Assembly (NCBI GenBank): GCA_001275005.1
Contig: JWZX01001537.1
Location: forward strand, 1-33,674
Origin: Chrysochromulina tobinii
Lineage: Eukaryota
DNA length: 33,674 nt
Direction of reading: 5' to 3'
Shown here: positions 19,680 to 29,765 of the stretch, piece after piece
How positions within the stretch are numbered: position 1 is the first letter of the stretch
Layout: the number at the start of each line of letters is the position of its first letter
The notes under the pieces: generated by a model
Database searches by the model: none
What the model was told of the DNA's origin: nothing
Seen by the model: the letters and a program-made list of their open reading frames with translations, nothing else
Program-made: the position numbers and the translations under genes

Positions 19680-21845
19680 ATGCGTCAGATTTCTTCTTTC
19701 CTCGTCGCCATTGCGGCTGTCGCCGGGCGGCTTGCGTCGCCGAACGACTTGGGTGCGCGGCGTTCGGCTGAGGCGGCACCCCAGCAGCCAACTCTCCTTC
19801 GCGGCGGTGGCAGCGTGCACTCTCCTTTTCGATTGAAGGGATCCCGTTCTGCGTCCGTAATAGAAGGCGTCGACCTCTCCTTTTCGGACCTGTCCTTTAC
19901 GGTCAAGGACGGCATGAAGACCATCCTTTTCAATTGCAGCGGGCACGCCACACGCGGGCGGTTGCTCGCCATCATGGGACCTTCGGGTGGCGGCAAGACC
20001 ACGTTGCTCAATGCTCTCTCAGGCAACGTGAAAGCTAGCAAAGGCGCGTCGCTGAAGGGCACGTTGCTCTGCAATGGTGAGCAGTGCGGCGGCGCATCTC
20101 AGGTGCCAGGGCTGCGCATGGCCTTCGTGCAGCAAGAGGATACCTTTTACACGCAGATGACTGTGCGCGAGACCTTGCTGTTTGCCGCACGGCTGCGCCT
20201 GCCCAGCAGTGTGTCTCTCATAGAGAAGGAGCGTCGCGTGGACGACATCATCGCCAAGCTGTCGCTCGTCAAGGCGGCAGGCACGATCATCGGCGATGTC
20301 AAGCGGCGCGGTATCTCGGGCGGCGAGCGCAAGCGCCTCGCCATCGGGTGCGAGTCGCTTGATTGCCACTGATGGCCATTGATTACCACTGATGACCTCC
20401 CTTGATGGCGCGGGCCAGGTGCGAGCTGCTATCAGACCCGCAGCTTCTTTTTTTGGACGAGCCCACGAGTGGACTGGACTCATTCCAGGCGCAACAGGTG
20501 GTGCAGTCCCTCAAGGCTTTGGCCGACGAGGGGTGCACGGTGGTCATGTCGATCCACCAGCCGCGCGGCTCCATCTACAACCTCTTCGACGACCTTCTCC
20601 TCCTCTCCGAAGGACGCGTCATGTACGACGGCACCGCCGCGGGCGCAGCTGCCTATTTCGGCAGCCTTGGCCATCTTTGTCCGGCGGGCATCAACGCGGG
20701 CGAGTTTGTCGTCGACTTGGTCTCGGTGCCATACGGCAGCAAGGACGAGGAGGGCGAGGCACATCGGCGTATCCTCGAGTTGGCAGCTGCCGCCAAGCAG
20801 CAGGCGGCGAATGGTGGCCTCCGGTTTGGTCGACGCGCCAGTGCCCGAGACGCCGTAGCGAGCACTGGCGAGGCGGCGAGCGGCAACGCCCGGTGGCGCC
20901 GTAGTGGGCAGGTGCAGGCAGGCTCGCGCTGGACGCAGTTTCGTCTTCTCTTCCGTCGCGCGTGGAAGGAAGTCTCTCGATCCAAGGCCGCCTTCTTGAT
21001 CAAAGCGTCACAGCAGTTGATGATTGCCCTCATCTACGGAGGCATCTACTCCCTCGGACGTACGCAGAGCTCGATCCAGGACCGTTTCGGCCTGCTCTCG
21101 CTCGTGGCCATCGGTGCGGGCAATCTCGCCATCGCGAGCACCATCCGGACCTTTCCAAAAGAAAAGGCCATCGTGGCAAGCGAGCGTTCAAAAGGCATGT
21201 ACACTGTCGCGCCTTACTTCCTCTCAAAGGTGCTCCGCTGATCCTCCTGATTCCTCTCATTCCTTCCGATTCCTTCTGATTCCTTCTGATGGCTTCCTCT
21301 CGAAGGTCGTCGCCGAGGCGCCAGTCTCGGCGCTCATCTCGGCGCTCGGCGGCGTGGCGCTCTATCCGCTCGTGGGACTCAACCCGCAGCCGGGCAAGTT
21401 TCGCAACTTTCTGATGACGCTCGTACTCGAAGGTTTCGCCTCGGGCGCGCTCGGCCTCCTACTGGGCGCCGCCGCTCCCACGACTGACGTGGCTCTCGCC
21501 ATGTTCCCACCGATCCTCGTGCTCATGATCATCTTCAACGGCTTCAACCTGGCCGAGGAGAACACGCCTAAAGTGCTCCGCTGGCTGCCCAAGGCTTCTT
21601 TCATCCGCTGGTGCTCTGAGGGTCTCGCTGTGAACGAGTTCACCGGCCTCACCTTCTCGTGCGAGGGGAGCCGCGGGCCTTGCGCGCAGACTGGCGAGCA
21701 GGCGCTCGAGCGGGTTTCGTTCCAAAAATCGACGGTCCGGCACGCGGCCATGATGCAGAGCCGGATCATCGGCGCGTGCTACGGCCTCACGTTACTCATG
21801 CTTCAGCGCAACAGGCCCAAGTTCCTGAGTGTGACGCCTGCGTGA
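19680..21845 (+). CDS. ABCG half-transporter (NBD-TMD), plant ABCG7-like. Exons 19680-20347, 20419-21229, 21306-21845 (672 aa)
   Basis: Walker A GPSGGGKT, signature ISGGERKR, Walker B LFLDEPTSGLD, H-loop SIHQP, then SIQDRFGLL, FPKEKAIV and AVNEF. Two introns restore the frame exactly. Confidence 0.93.
20348..20418 (+). other. Spliceosomal intron (71 nt, phase 2), family 2
   Basis: GTGCGAGTCGCT versus next exon GTGCGAGCTGCT (10/12). Body is GATTGCCACT/GATGGCCATT/GATTACCACT/GATGACCTCC decamers. Removal restores LAIGCELLSDP. Confidence 0.88.
21230..21305 (+). other. Spliceosomal intron (76 nt, phase 0), family 2, duplication at the 3' end
   Basis: Upstream exon ends CTTCCTCTCAAAG|GT and the intron ends CTTCCTCTCGAAG|GT. 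Body is (GATTCCTTCT)-like decamers. Removal gives PYFLSK|VVAEAP. Confidence 0.85.
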
Positions 21846-22413
21846 ATGTAGGCTTGAAGGGCGGCACGATTGCTTTCACAGCGAGCCTTCACAGGCCACG
21901 CTGTGTCGCAGAGCTGGTGCCGTTGGATAGATGAACAGGCGCGCGCGCGCGCGTCCTTCACGGCGAAGGCATATCGCGGGCAGCCACGCAAGCATTCAAA
22001 CTCCACGAGCACTTGCGACTTGCCACCCCACGCTACGCCGAGGTACTATCCGCGGTAACTCCTTCTAGAACACACGTCCGGTGTCTCGCGGTGTGAGACG
22101 AGAGACGCTGTCGGAATCTGAATCGGCGTATTTCCGGACTTTGCACTTTCGTTGTATTTCCTTTACTCTTTGTGGTACGTTCATACGACATACGTGCGCA
22201 TGCAATGGACTTGTGGCGCGCGCACAAATCACCCTTCGGGGACCCCGGAAAACACGAACGATCTGTGGCCCACACGGCGCTGACTGACGAGACGTGAGTG
22301 GACCGGACCGGACTGTAGCTCCGGCTACGCTCTAGCTGGTGGCGCCGGTTTCTTCTCGACTCTCGAGTCTCGTCTCAGCTGATGTGCTCCGGCACGCAAT
22401 TGCCTCTCAGGGC

Positions 22414-23580
22414 TCAGCCCTCCTCGTTCGTTCCAACGTGCGGCTCAACCTCGCGCGCCCAGCGGCTCATGCGCCGGCCTCGGCTGCCTCGGCCGCCTCC
22501 TCGGCGGCGGGCGCGAGGTCGCGCGACAAGGGGCGTAGTCGAGGCAAGGTACTCGGCGGGCGGATCGCCGAGGTTGCGGTCACAGCGACCCCAGTGCGGC
22601 ACGAGCTTGCCCTCGCGCGCCATGCGTTGCAGAGCGTCCGCCTGCGCCGAGAAGTTGTGGAAGCCTCCCGAGACGCGGGGGTTGTGCAAAAAGTCAGACT
22701 GGTTGAGACCCGCGGAGCCGGCGGTGGGCCCGCAGTCATAGTAGTGGTAGCACACATCCTCGCATGAACCGTTGCCAAAGCCGTACAGGTGCACCTCGTC
22801 GCACAGCTGCTGCGCGAATGCGACCGCCGTCATGCCGGTCGAGAGAGTCTTCTGATTGGCCACGCCAGGGAAGTACGTTCGGCGCACCTCGTCGATGAGC
22901 ACCGGACTGATCAGGTACGAGGCCGACCACGGATGCGCGAAGACCTGGCGAAGCCGCTCGGCGCGGCAGCGCCCCATGTTGCTCGAGGGCGTGTGGCACG
23001 AGACTGCCAGCAGCGGCCGCTGCGGGATGCCGCTCATGTCATCGTTCTCGCCGTGCCCTTTCGGCGGCTTGAGCCAGAAGCGCGGGTAGTGGCTCAGGTA
23101 GCCGTAGCCCTCCATCGTGAGCACGCGCCAAGTTGTGCGCGCACCCACGTCGGCCACCCACGTCGGCCCGTGCGAGTGCGGCGCGTGCTTCTGACGCACC
23201 GCCATCGGCCCGTCCGGAGCAAAGTTGACGCGGATCACCGCCTCGTGTGAGTCGATCTCGCGCCCAAGCCGCGCTCCAAGCAGCGTGCCGCTCGCGCCCA
23301 CAAGCGCACACGTCTTGTAGTGGCACGTCGCCGGATCGCGCAGCTCGCGCAGCATCTTGAGCGCGCTCGACGCGCCCTCGCCGCGGCACATAGGGCGGAA
23401 GCCATAAGGCGGGTCCTTTGCGCACAGGCGCTTCTCGTCGGCGTGCTGGACCAAGGCGGCGGCCCCGCCGGCGGGTTTGGCGCACACGCCGGGTGCGTCA
23501 GGCTGCCAGCAATTGCCGTCGGAGTCCTCGAAGTGGCATGGTATGGAGTCGGGCGGTGCCGGGCGAAAGACGCGAGGCAT
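22414..23580 (-). CDS. Glycosyltransferase family 29 (sialyltransferase-like) protein; 5' end uncertain
   Basis: Sialylmotif L CALVGASGTLLGARLGREIDSHEAVIRVN..ADVGARTT, motif S LSTGMTAVAFAQQLCDEVHLYGF, motif III HYYD, VS-like HNFSAQ. Confidence 0.88.
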   Translation of the reverse strand: MPRVFRPAPPDSIPCHFEDSDGNCWQPDAPGVCAKPAGGAAALVQHADEKRLCAKDPPYGFRPMCRGEGASSALKMLRELRDPATCHYKTCALVGASGTLLGARLGREIDSHEAVIRVNFAPDGPMAVRQKHAPHSHGPTWVADVGARTTWRVLTMEGYGYLSHYPRFWLKPPKGHGENDDMSGIPQRPLLAVSCHTPSSNMGRCRAERLRQVFAHPWSASYLISPVLIDEVRRTYFPGVANQKTLSTGMTAVAFAQQLCDEVHLYGFGNGSCEDVCYHYYDCGPTAGSAGLNQSDFLHNPRVSGGFHNFSAQADALQRMAREGKLVPHWGRCDRNLGDPPAEYLASTTPLVARPRARRRGGGRGSRGRRMSRWAREVEPHVGTNEEG

Positions 23581-24481
23581 TTCAGTGTCGTACACGGGGA
23601 CTGACCTTTTGACTCGTGTGAACCCGTTTTTTCTCACGAAAAGCCTGGCTTCGCAGACTGTGGCGTCTTTTGACACGGAGCGGCGTCTTTGGGAAATTCT
23701 TTTTCCGAGAGTCTGACCTGCGGCCTCGAGTCTTCGGATCGGAGACACATATGAGACATGGTAGAAGCGATCTGGTTCTAAGGTACTGGAAAGCAAGACG
23801 ACCGAGCCGCGAGCGTACTACGGTAACGCGCTTCGTCGTTCGTCGCGTGTTTGGTTGTGTAATAAAGCGTGAAGCTACGGTTTTGGACAGTTATTGAACT
23901 CTGTTCACTTCTCGACATTTACCGATTTTTAGTCGAATATACATGTACATGTATACAAGGTGAATGGTGATGTTACATTCTTACAAGGGGTTTAATCGCA
24001 TTCTCACCAACAGATACTGTAGTCGAGTCGATAGTCGAGTTCATGAGATAGTTACAGGGAGCACCGCCTTCGAGCGCACCTCATACAACAGACAGAAGTG
24101 ACAAGTGAGACAAGCCAGATTACACATTGCACACACGCCTAGCCGACACACGGCGCGAGCAAGCCTCGATCGGTACTCGATCGGGGGCCGGACTCGAGAC
24201 TGCACACACACACACACAGACAGCCAGACTTCATTGAGAGTTCAGCTCACTCCTTTTTCCTTCACTGGATCTCGCACAGCTCACGAGAACGCCTCGCGCC
24301 TACTTGAAGATGGCGGTGGACGCTCGTTCCAAATTTGGATCTGTCTCTGTTAGAGCGCTCGGCCAAAATAAGTCCAACGAGGCTGGGGCGACGACGCTCG
24401 AGCGAAGCAGCGTGCATCTTCGCTGCAAGCAGCTCATCGTCGCCGTCGTCAAGTCGCGCCGCCGTGATTCTCACCCGGGTC

Positions 24482-26005
24482 CTAGTTATGATGATCTTCG
24501 CCGACCTTCTCCACCCGGGCGAAGATGCCCTCAGGGAGCGTTGGGTCCTTGACCTGGATCTCGAAAATGGCGTACGGGGTGTCGGCGCAACTCTGTTCCT
24601 GCTGCTTCGAGTTCTGCGTGTCCACTTCGTGCTTCCTTGCCGGCTTGGCTGCGAGAGCAACCGGCTTTGCAGCAGCCGTCTTTGCAGGCGGCAGTGAGAC
24701 CTTGTGAGGACCGTCCGCCAACAAGATCGTCGCGCCCTTCCCGGCCATCGGCTCGGAGTCCAGGCCGACCAGCGCCAGAGCGTCATTCAGGCACTTTTCG
24801 GCCGCCGGCATTTCCGTCCAGCACGTCTCGATCTGCTTCTTGTCATCGACGTAGGCATTCGACACGTCTTGGAACTCGCTCGAAGAGCGCTGGAGGTTGC
24901 AGTCGAACTGGGTACCCGGGGGGCTGAACTGGCGGAACACGTCGAACTGCCTGTCCACTTCGTTGCGCATGATCTTGTACATGGAGACCTTCGGGTGGGC
25001 TTGCATATCGGTGAGAGCCTTCGTCCACGCATCCATCGCCTTCGCGTTCCGCGCCGCCGTGCATGCCGACGGCGCATCGTCCTTGGACTCCTGCCACGCC
25101 GTGTTGGCGTTGACGAACTGCGGGAAGAACTGCATGGCGATCGTGCACTCCGAGGGGGGGCACACGTCCGCGGGCACGCCCTGGCAGACGAGATCGCGGA
25201 TGCGGACGAAGTAATCGGCGATGTTGTACTTCAGACCTTGGTAGATTGGCGAAACGGGGCCTGCCAGAGCAGAGGGCGTCACGCTGAGCGGCTTTTTCGT
25301 GCTCGTCGTCAGCTTGAGGATCTTCGCCTTCAGCTGCGGGTTATCGTCGTTCATGAGGACTTTCGGCGAGTCCGAGTTGAAGACAGCATCCGGCATCGGA
25401 ACGTCTGCGCACTCGGGAAGCTCGTTCGTCGACGACCAAATCATGCTGCTGTACGAGAACGGCGTCTCGACGTCGTACACGCACGGGTGCGTGTTGAGCG
25501 CCTTTCCAAACTCCGCCGTGTGGGCTCCGTGGTCAGAGATGACGACGAGCACCTGCGAGCGCACCGCCGGTTTCACGGCCGCTGCCGGTGTTGGTCTCGC
25601 GGTCGCCATCGGCGCCGGCGTAGGCTTCTTGACCGCAAGGGGCGCGGGCTTGGCCACATACGGAGCGGGCTTGGCCGCGAGCGGCGCCGGCTTGGCCACA
25701 TACGGAGCGGGTTTGACCGCGAGCGGTGCCGGCTTGGCCACATACGGAGCGGGTTTGGCCGCGAGCGGCGCCGGCTTGGCAACGGGCTTGGCTGCGACGG
25801 GAGTCGGAAGGACCCCCGTAAACTGCACAGGGTCCGGGTGGTGCACGCGCTCCATGTACTGCTTCGCGCCATCACGCCAGTTGATCTCGGGGTGCGCGTC
25901 GAAGTACGCCTCTGGCCCCAGGTTCTGAAGTACTTCGCTTTGAAGATTGCTTTTCTCAAGTGGCACGCCGAGGACTGCGAGAATTGTGACCGCGACGACG
26001 AGCAT
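24482..26005 (-). CDS. Secreted protein with Pro/Ala/Lys-rich linker and a degenerate sulfotransferase-like domain
   Basis: Signal peptide MLVVAVTILAVLG and (AKPAPLA/AKPAPYV)n repeats. VLVVISDHGAHTAEFGKALNTHPCVYDVETPF and KIMRNEVDRQFD echo the 5'- and 3'-PAPS-binding regions of sulfotransferases. Several Cys. The domain call is tentative. Confidence 0.65.
   Translation of the reverse strand: MLVVAVTILAVLGVPLEKSNLQSEVLQNLGPEAYFDAHPEINWRDGAKQYMERVHHPDPVQFTGVLPTPVAAKPVAKPAPLAAKPAPYVAKPAPLAVKPAPYVAKPAPLAAKPAPYVAKPAPLAVKKPTPAPMATARPTPAAAVKPAVRSQVLVVISDHGAHTAEFGKALNTHPCVYDVETPFSYSSMIWSSTNELPECADVPMPDAVFNSDSPKVLMNDDNPQLKAKILKLTTSTKKPLSVTPSALAGPVSPIYQGLKYNIADYFVRIRDLVCQGVPADVCPPSECTIAMQFFPQFVNANTAWQESKDDAPSACTAARNAKAMDAWTKALTDMQAHPKVSMYKIMRNEVDRQFDVFRQFSPPGTQFDCNLQRSSSEFQDVSNAYVDDKKQIETCWTEMPAAEKCLNDALALVGLDSEPMAGKGATILLADGPHKVSLPPAKTAAAKPVALAAKPARKHEVDTQNSKQQEQSCADTPYAIFEIQVKDPTLPEGIFARVEKVGEDHHN
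25641..25791 (-). repeat. Coding tandem repeat of alternating 21-nt units (42-nt period)
   Basis: GGCTTGGCCACATACGGAGCG-type units alternate with GGTTTGGCCGCGAGCGGCGCC-type units and encode AKPAPYV/AKPAPLA. Confidence 0.88.
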
Positions 26006-26965
26006 TGTGTCCGAGTCCGGATTTGGGACCTTTCAAAGAATCCATATTAGGGAACAAATTAGGAAGGTCCCAATTAAATGTGACAGGAGACTCTGACTTT
26101 CTGAAGAAGTAGACGGATGATGGATGCACCGTCGATGAGCGTGTGAAGCGCACGCTCGCGAGACACCGGAACAGGTCGGTGTAGGTGAAGGAAGCCTTCG
26201 CACAACGAAACGAACAACCCCAGCACCGATACAGCGCTTCCGGAAACTAGGGCCGCGCTGGGAACCTATACGCTCGAGGACCGCGCTCAGACGCACGCCT
26301 CGCCCCGGCTTTTGGAAATCTTATTCGCAGGTCTGTCGAAATCACACACCCACCTGCGAAGTCACAAGACCCCTCAAACCCTAATGTGGGATGACCCGCA
26401 GCTGGGACGACCCAGTCAAAACTAAACTCGGGACAACCTACCCAAACTGGGACAGCCCACCGAAACGCGTCCCCAATGGAAGAGGTACTCCACTGCACCG
26501 CGGAGCGCCGGCGGGCGGGTGAAACTATAACATGCGTGCAACGTGCATGCACAACCAAATCACCAGGGGCCTCACACTATCCTTTAGCAAGAAGCAACCG
26601 GGAAAAAATTGGGATGGACTCGCGATAGACCTTCCCTAGATGCGGAAGGGGCGCGCGACGGCCGCTCACGACGAGGCGAAAACCAAGACATTTCGAACTA
26701 TCGCGAGGTCTATCGCGAGTTCTGGCAAGGGGGTGGGAAATGCAAGGACCAGGCGACTAGAAACTCTATACACAATTGGAAAAGCGACGCGCGTTGGTCT
26801 CTTGCGCTCTGCCTCTGGCTCGCACGACGCTGTCGCCGGGTCGCGAACTGGCCAGGTTCGGGTTATAGACAGCCCAGAACCCACCAAAACCAGACACAGT
26901 GCGCTTTCATCGGAGACGGCTATGCCAAGCCGTCAGCTTGAGCTTGAAGATGCGGTCCGCAATGT

Positions 26966-28265
26966 TCAAGAATCGAGCTGCATCGGATCATCATCTCGAG
27001 TCTGACGCGAGTCTGATGGAGGAGGTGGTTCGCTGATGATTACAGATTTGCATGTCAACAACTGGCCTGCTAGGCCAGCTTCGTCCGCAACGGCCGAAGA
27101 GGAACTGCTTGGGAACTCGGGGTGGAACGCCAACATCTCCTTGGTGACGAGCTCGTGCAAAACCTGCTTGTTGAGAGCCATACGTTCGAATTCGAAGCTG
27201 AACTCGGCATGCGCAAGCGGCTCGTCGGAAGGGTCGTGCAAAGACGCGAGGTACGGCTGGGTGAGCGCATCTTCGACAGTGATGCGCTTTGTAGGCGAAA
27301 AGGTGAGCATGCGCTGCAGCAAATCGACAGCCACTGGGTTGGCGTTCGGATATATGCGTTGAGGCGGGATAGGCGGCTTAAAGGGCAGGCTGCTGATGTA
27401 ACGGCGCGCCTTTTCGGACTCGATCGAATCTACATCCTCAGCGTCTGGAGTCCCAATGACATCGGTGATCAGGTTGAGCTGATGGATGTAGTCCTTACCC
27501 GGAAAGAGCGCCTTCCTACCGAGCAGCTCGGCAAATATGCAGCCAACCGACCAAACGTCGATAGCTTTCGTGTACTCCTTCCATGACAGCATAATCTCAG
27601 GCGCGCGATACCACCGTGTTGCCACGTACTCGGTCATGAAACCCGCGTGGTTCTCTTCCGGGTGCGCCACACGCGCCAAGCCAAAGTCGCAAACCTTGAG
27701 GTCGCAATTGCCGTTGAGAAGCAGATTTGAGGGCTTGAGATCACGATGGAGCACATGTGCCGAATGAATGTACTTGAGCGCCCGCAGGATCTGGTAGAGG
27801 AAGTACTGGCAATGGTCGTCTGTGAGTGGCTGAGGCGAGCAGATTATCTGGTGCAGATCAGTGTCCATGAGCTCCGATACGATGTACACGTCTTCAAACT
27901 TGTCTGGAGCAACAGGAGGCAAGATGTCCCTGATGCGAATCACATTCTCATGATTGAAATGGCGCAGGATCTTCACCTCGCGTAGAGTCCTTTTTGTGTC
28001 GGTGAGGTGCTCGAATGCCTTGTTGATCTTCTTGATAGCGACCTTTTCGCCCGTGCGATTGTCCATGGCAGAGCACACGACGCCATATGCACCTGAGCCG
28101 ATGGGCTTGATGAGTGTGTAGCGTGCGTCAACATCAAATCGCGTGCCTACAGTATTTGTGCACTGTTATCGTCGGAGCGAGCTGTCGAGTGTGGCGTGTG
28201 GACAGTCAAGTGCACTGGCTCAACTCACCGCAAACAATGAACGAGTTCAGGTCGCCGAAGGACAT
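26966..28265 (-). CDS. Mitogen-activated protein kinase, canonical TEY type. Exons 28265-28229, 28146-26966 (405 aa)
   Basis: Exon 1 [13 protein letters not shown], intron GTGAGT...CTGTAG (28228-28147), then [49 protein letters not shown] and CD domain LHDPSDEP. Confidence 0.95.
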
Positions 28266-29765
28266 GGCGACCCCGACGTCGAAGGCTGGGCACAGGAATG
28301 GCACGTTTCAATCAGTCGCGGGTGTAGAGGATGACGGTGCCTTACGTGGGTAAGGCACGAAGGGCATCGCGAGCATTGTGGAAAGGCGAGCGCACATGAA
28401 TGCTGAGAGACGCCCAAAGTTACGCAGCTGTGAACTCAACGTGAAAGCGACACCATTTCTCTTTCAGTTTCCCACTTTTGGGTTGTGTCCTTTTGAGTGC
28501 GCCATGTGGTGACCCCTAGGCCCTATCCTCGTTATCTCGCTTCTCTCGACCGTTATTCGATATGGCTTCCCTTCCGGGAATAAGGGAATGGCTTTGAACC
28601 TGGGGCAATCCACGTTGGACTTAGCCCCGCTTCAGCTATCCCAAATATCACTATGTCACGCGACTGTCGTCTGTAGGTCCCTCAAACACCCAAGTTTGGC
28701 AGCGTCATGGCTTTTGAAGACCGCATCGTGTCTGATGTCTGCTGTCTCAGCATCCTCGTGCTCGACTCTCGCGCTTGTGCTCATGCGGCTTGGTTTGATT
28801 GTTCTGCCCTGATCCGTCTCGGATACGTCTCGGACTGGTGCTTCCTACTCGCCTCACTCACCTTGCAGCTAAGCACGCGCGCCTCGTCCTCGGCGCGCCG
28901 CGCAGCCCTAGGCTGATCTTCCTTCTCTGTAGACATCAGCCTCTAGAGTGATTGAGGTGTTACGGTAGCCGCACGGGGCGAAGGATGAGTCGTCAAGGTC
29001 CGGGACGCTCACCTTCAATATTACTCACGCATCTGAACGCGGCGTGGCCGCGAGAAAAAGTCGAGTGGGGTCCCGCATTGCGGGAGTTCGAAAATTTTGT
29101 CGGATCTCGTTTCACGCCGGCGTGCAACACGTCTACCACGGCATTGTACGTCTAGGATTTATTTCCCGCTTTTTAGCCCGCCCAGCAGCAAGCGCGGGCA
29201 CGGCGACGCGTGCGCGAGCGCTGGCGGCGTGCGGACGGCGACGCTCGCTAGCCGGCCCTTGAGAGAAGGCCGCGCGCCAGCCGTGAGGGTCCGCCGTGGG
29301 CGTTTGGGACCGGTCAAACGAGTATTGTACCGGCCTCGTACATGCTTGGGCCGGAGGTACACGCATCAGTAACATGTGTAGGCTTTACTAACGACCCGCA
29401 TTCAATCATTTGTCGGAAAGCGACGCGCTTGCGTTTCACCCTGGCATGCAACACGTCGGTAAAGAGTTAACTTTTTACGGATTTAGCATTTACGGCACGA
29501 CCTGCCGATCCCAGACGTGTGAGGTGTGTCAAGTCACAAGTCTGCGGTGGGTCACCAAAAGCAAACTTTCCTATCTATACGTAATTCCTACGCGCTACGG
29601 AGCGTATATGCTTGTATATGAGTACCGAGACTACATCAACTGACGATAAGGAGGTTTACACCGCCGCCCTCTGTCCCTACCGTAGCGACGCGATGAATCA
29701 CTCCATCGCTGACGTTCCGCGTGGAGATCTTCGGAGGTTCTTCAAGCAGAAGCCCGATAGTCAAC

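Noticed and set aside
24704..26050. 448-aa plus-strand Arg-rich ORF
   Set aside because: Antisense shadow of the secreted protein, caused by strong GC3 codon bias.
28300..29760. Short ORFs in the long intergenic region
   Set aside because: No recognisable domains or consistent exon chain; no tRNA or snRNA could be supported by eye.
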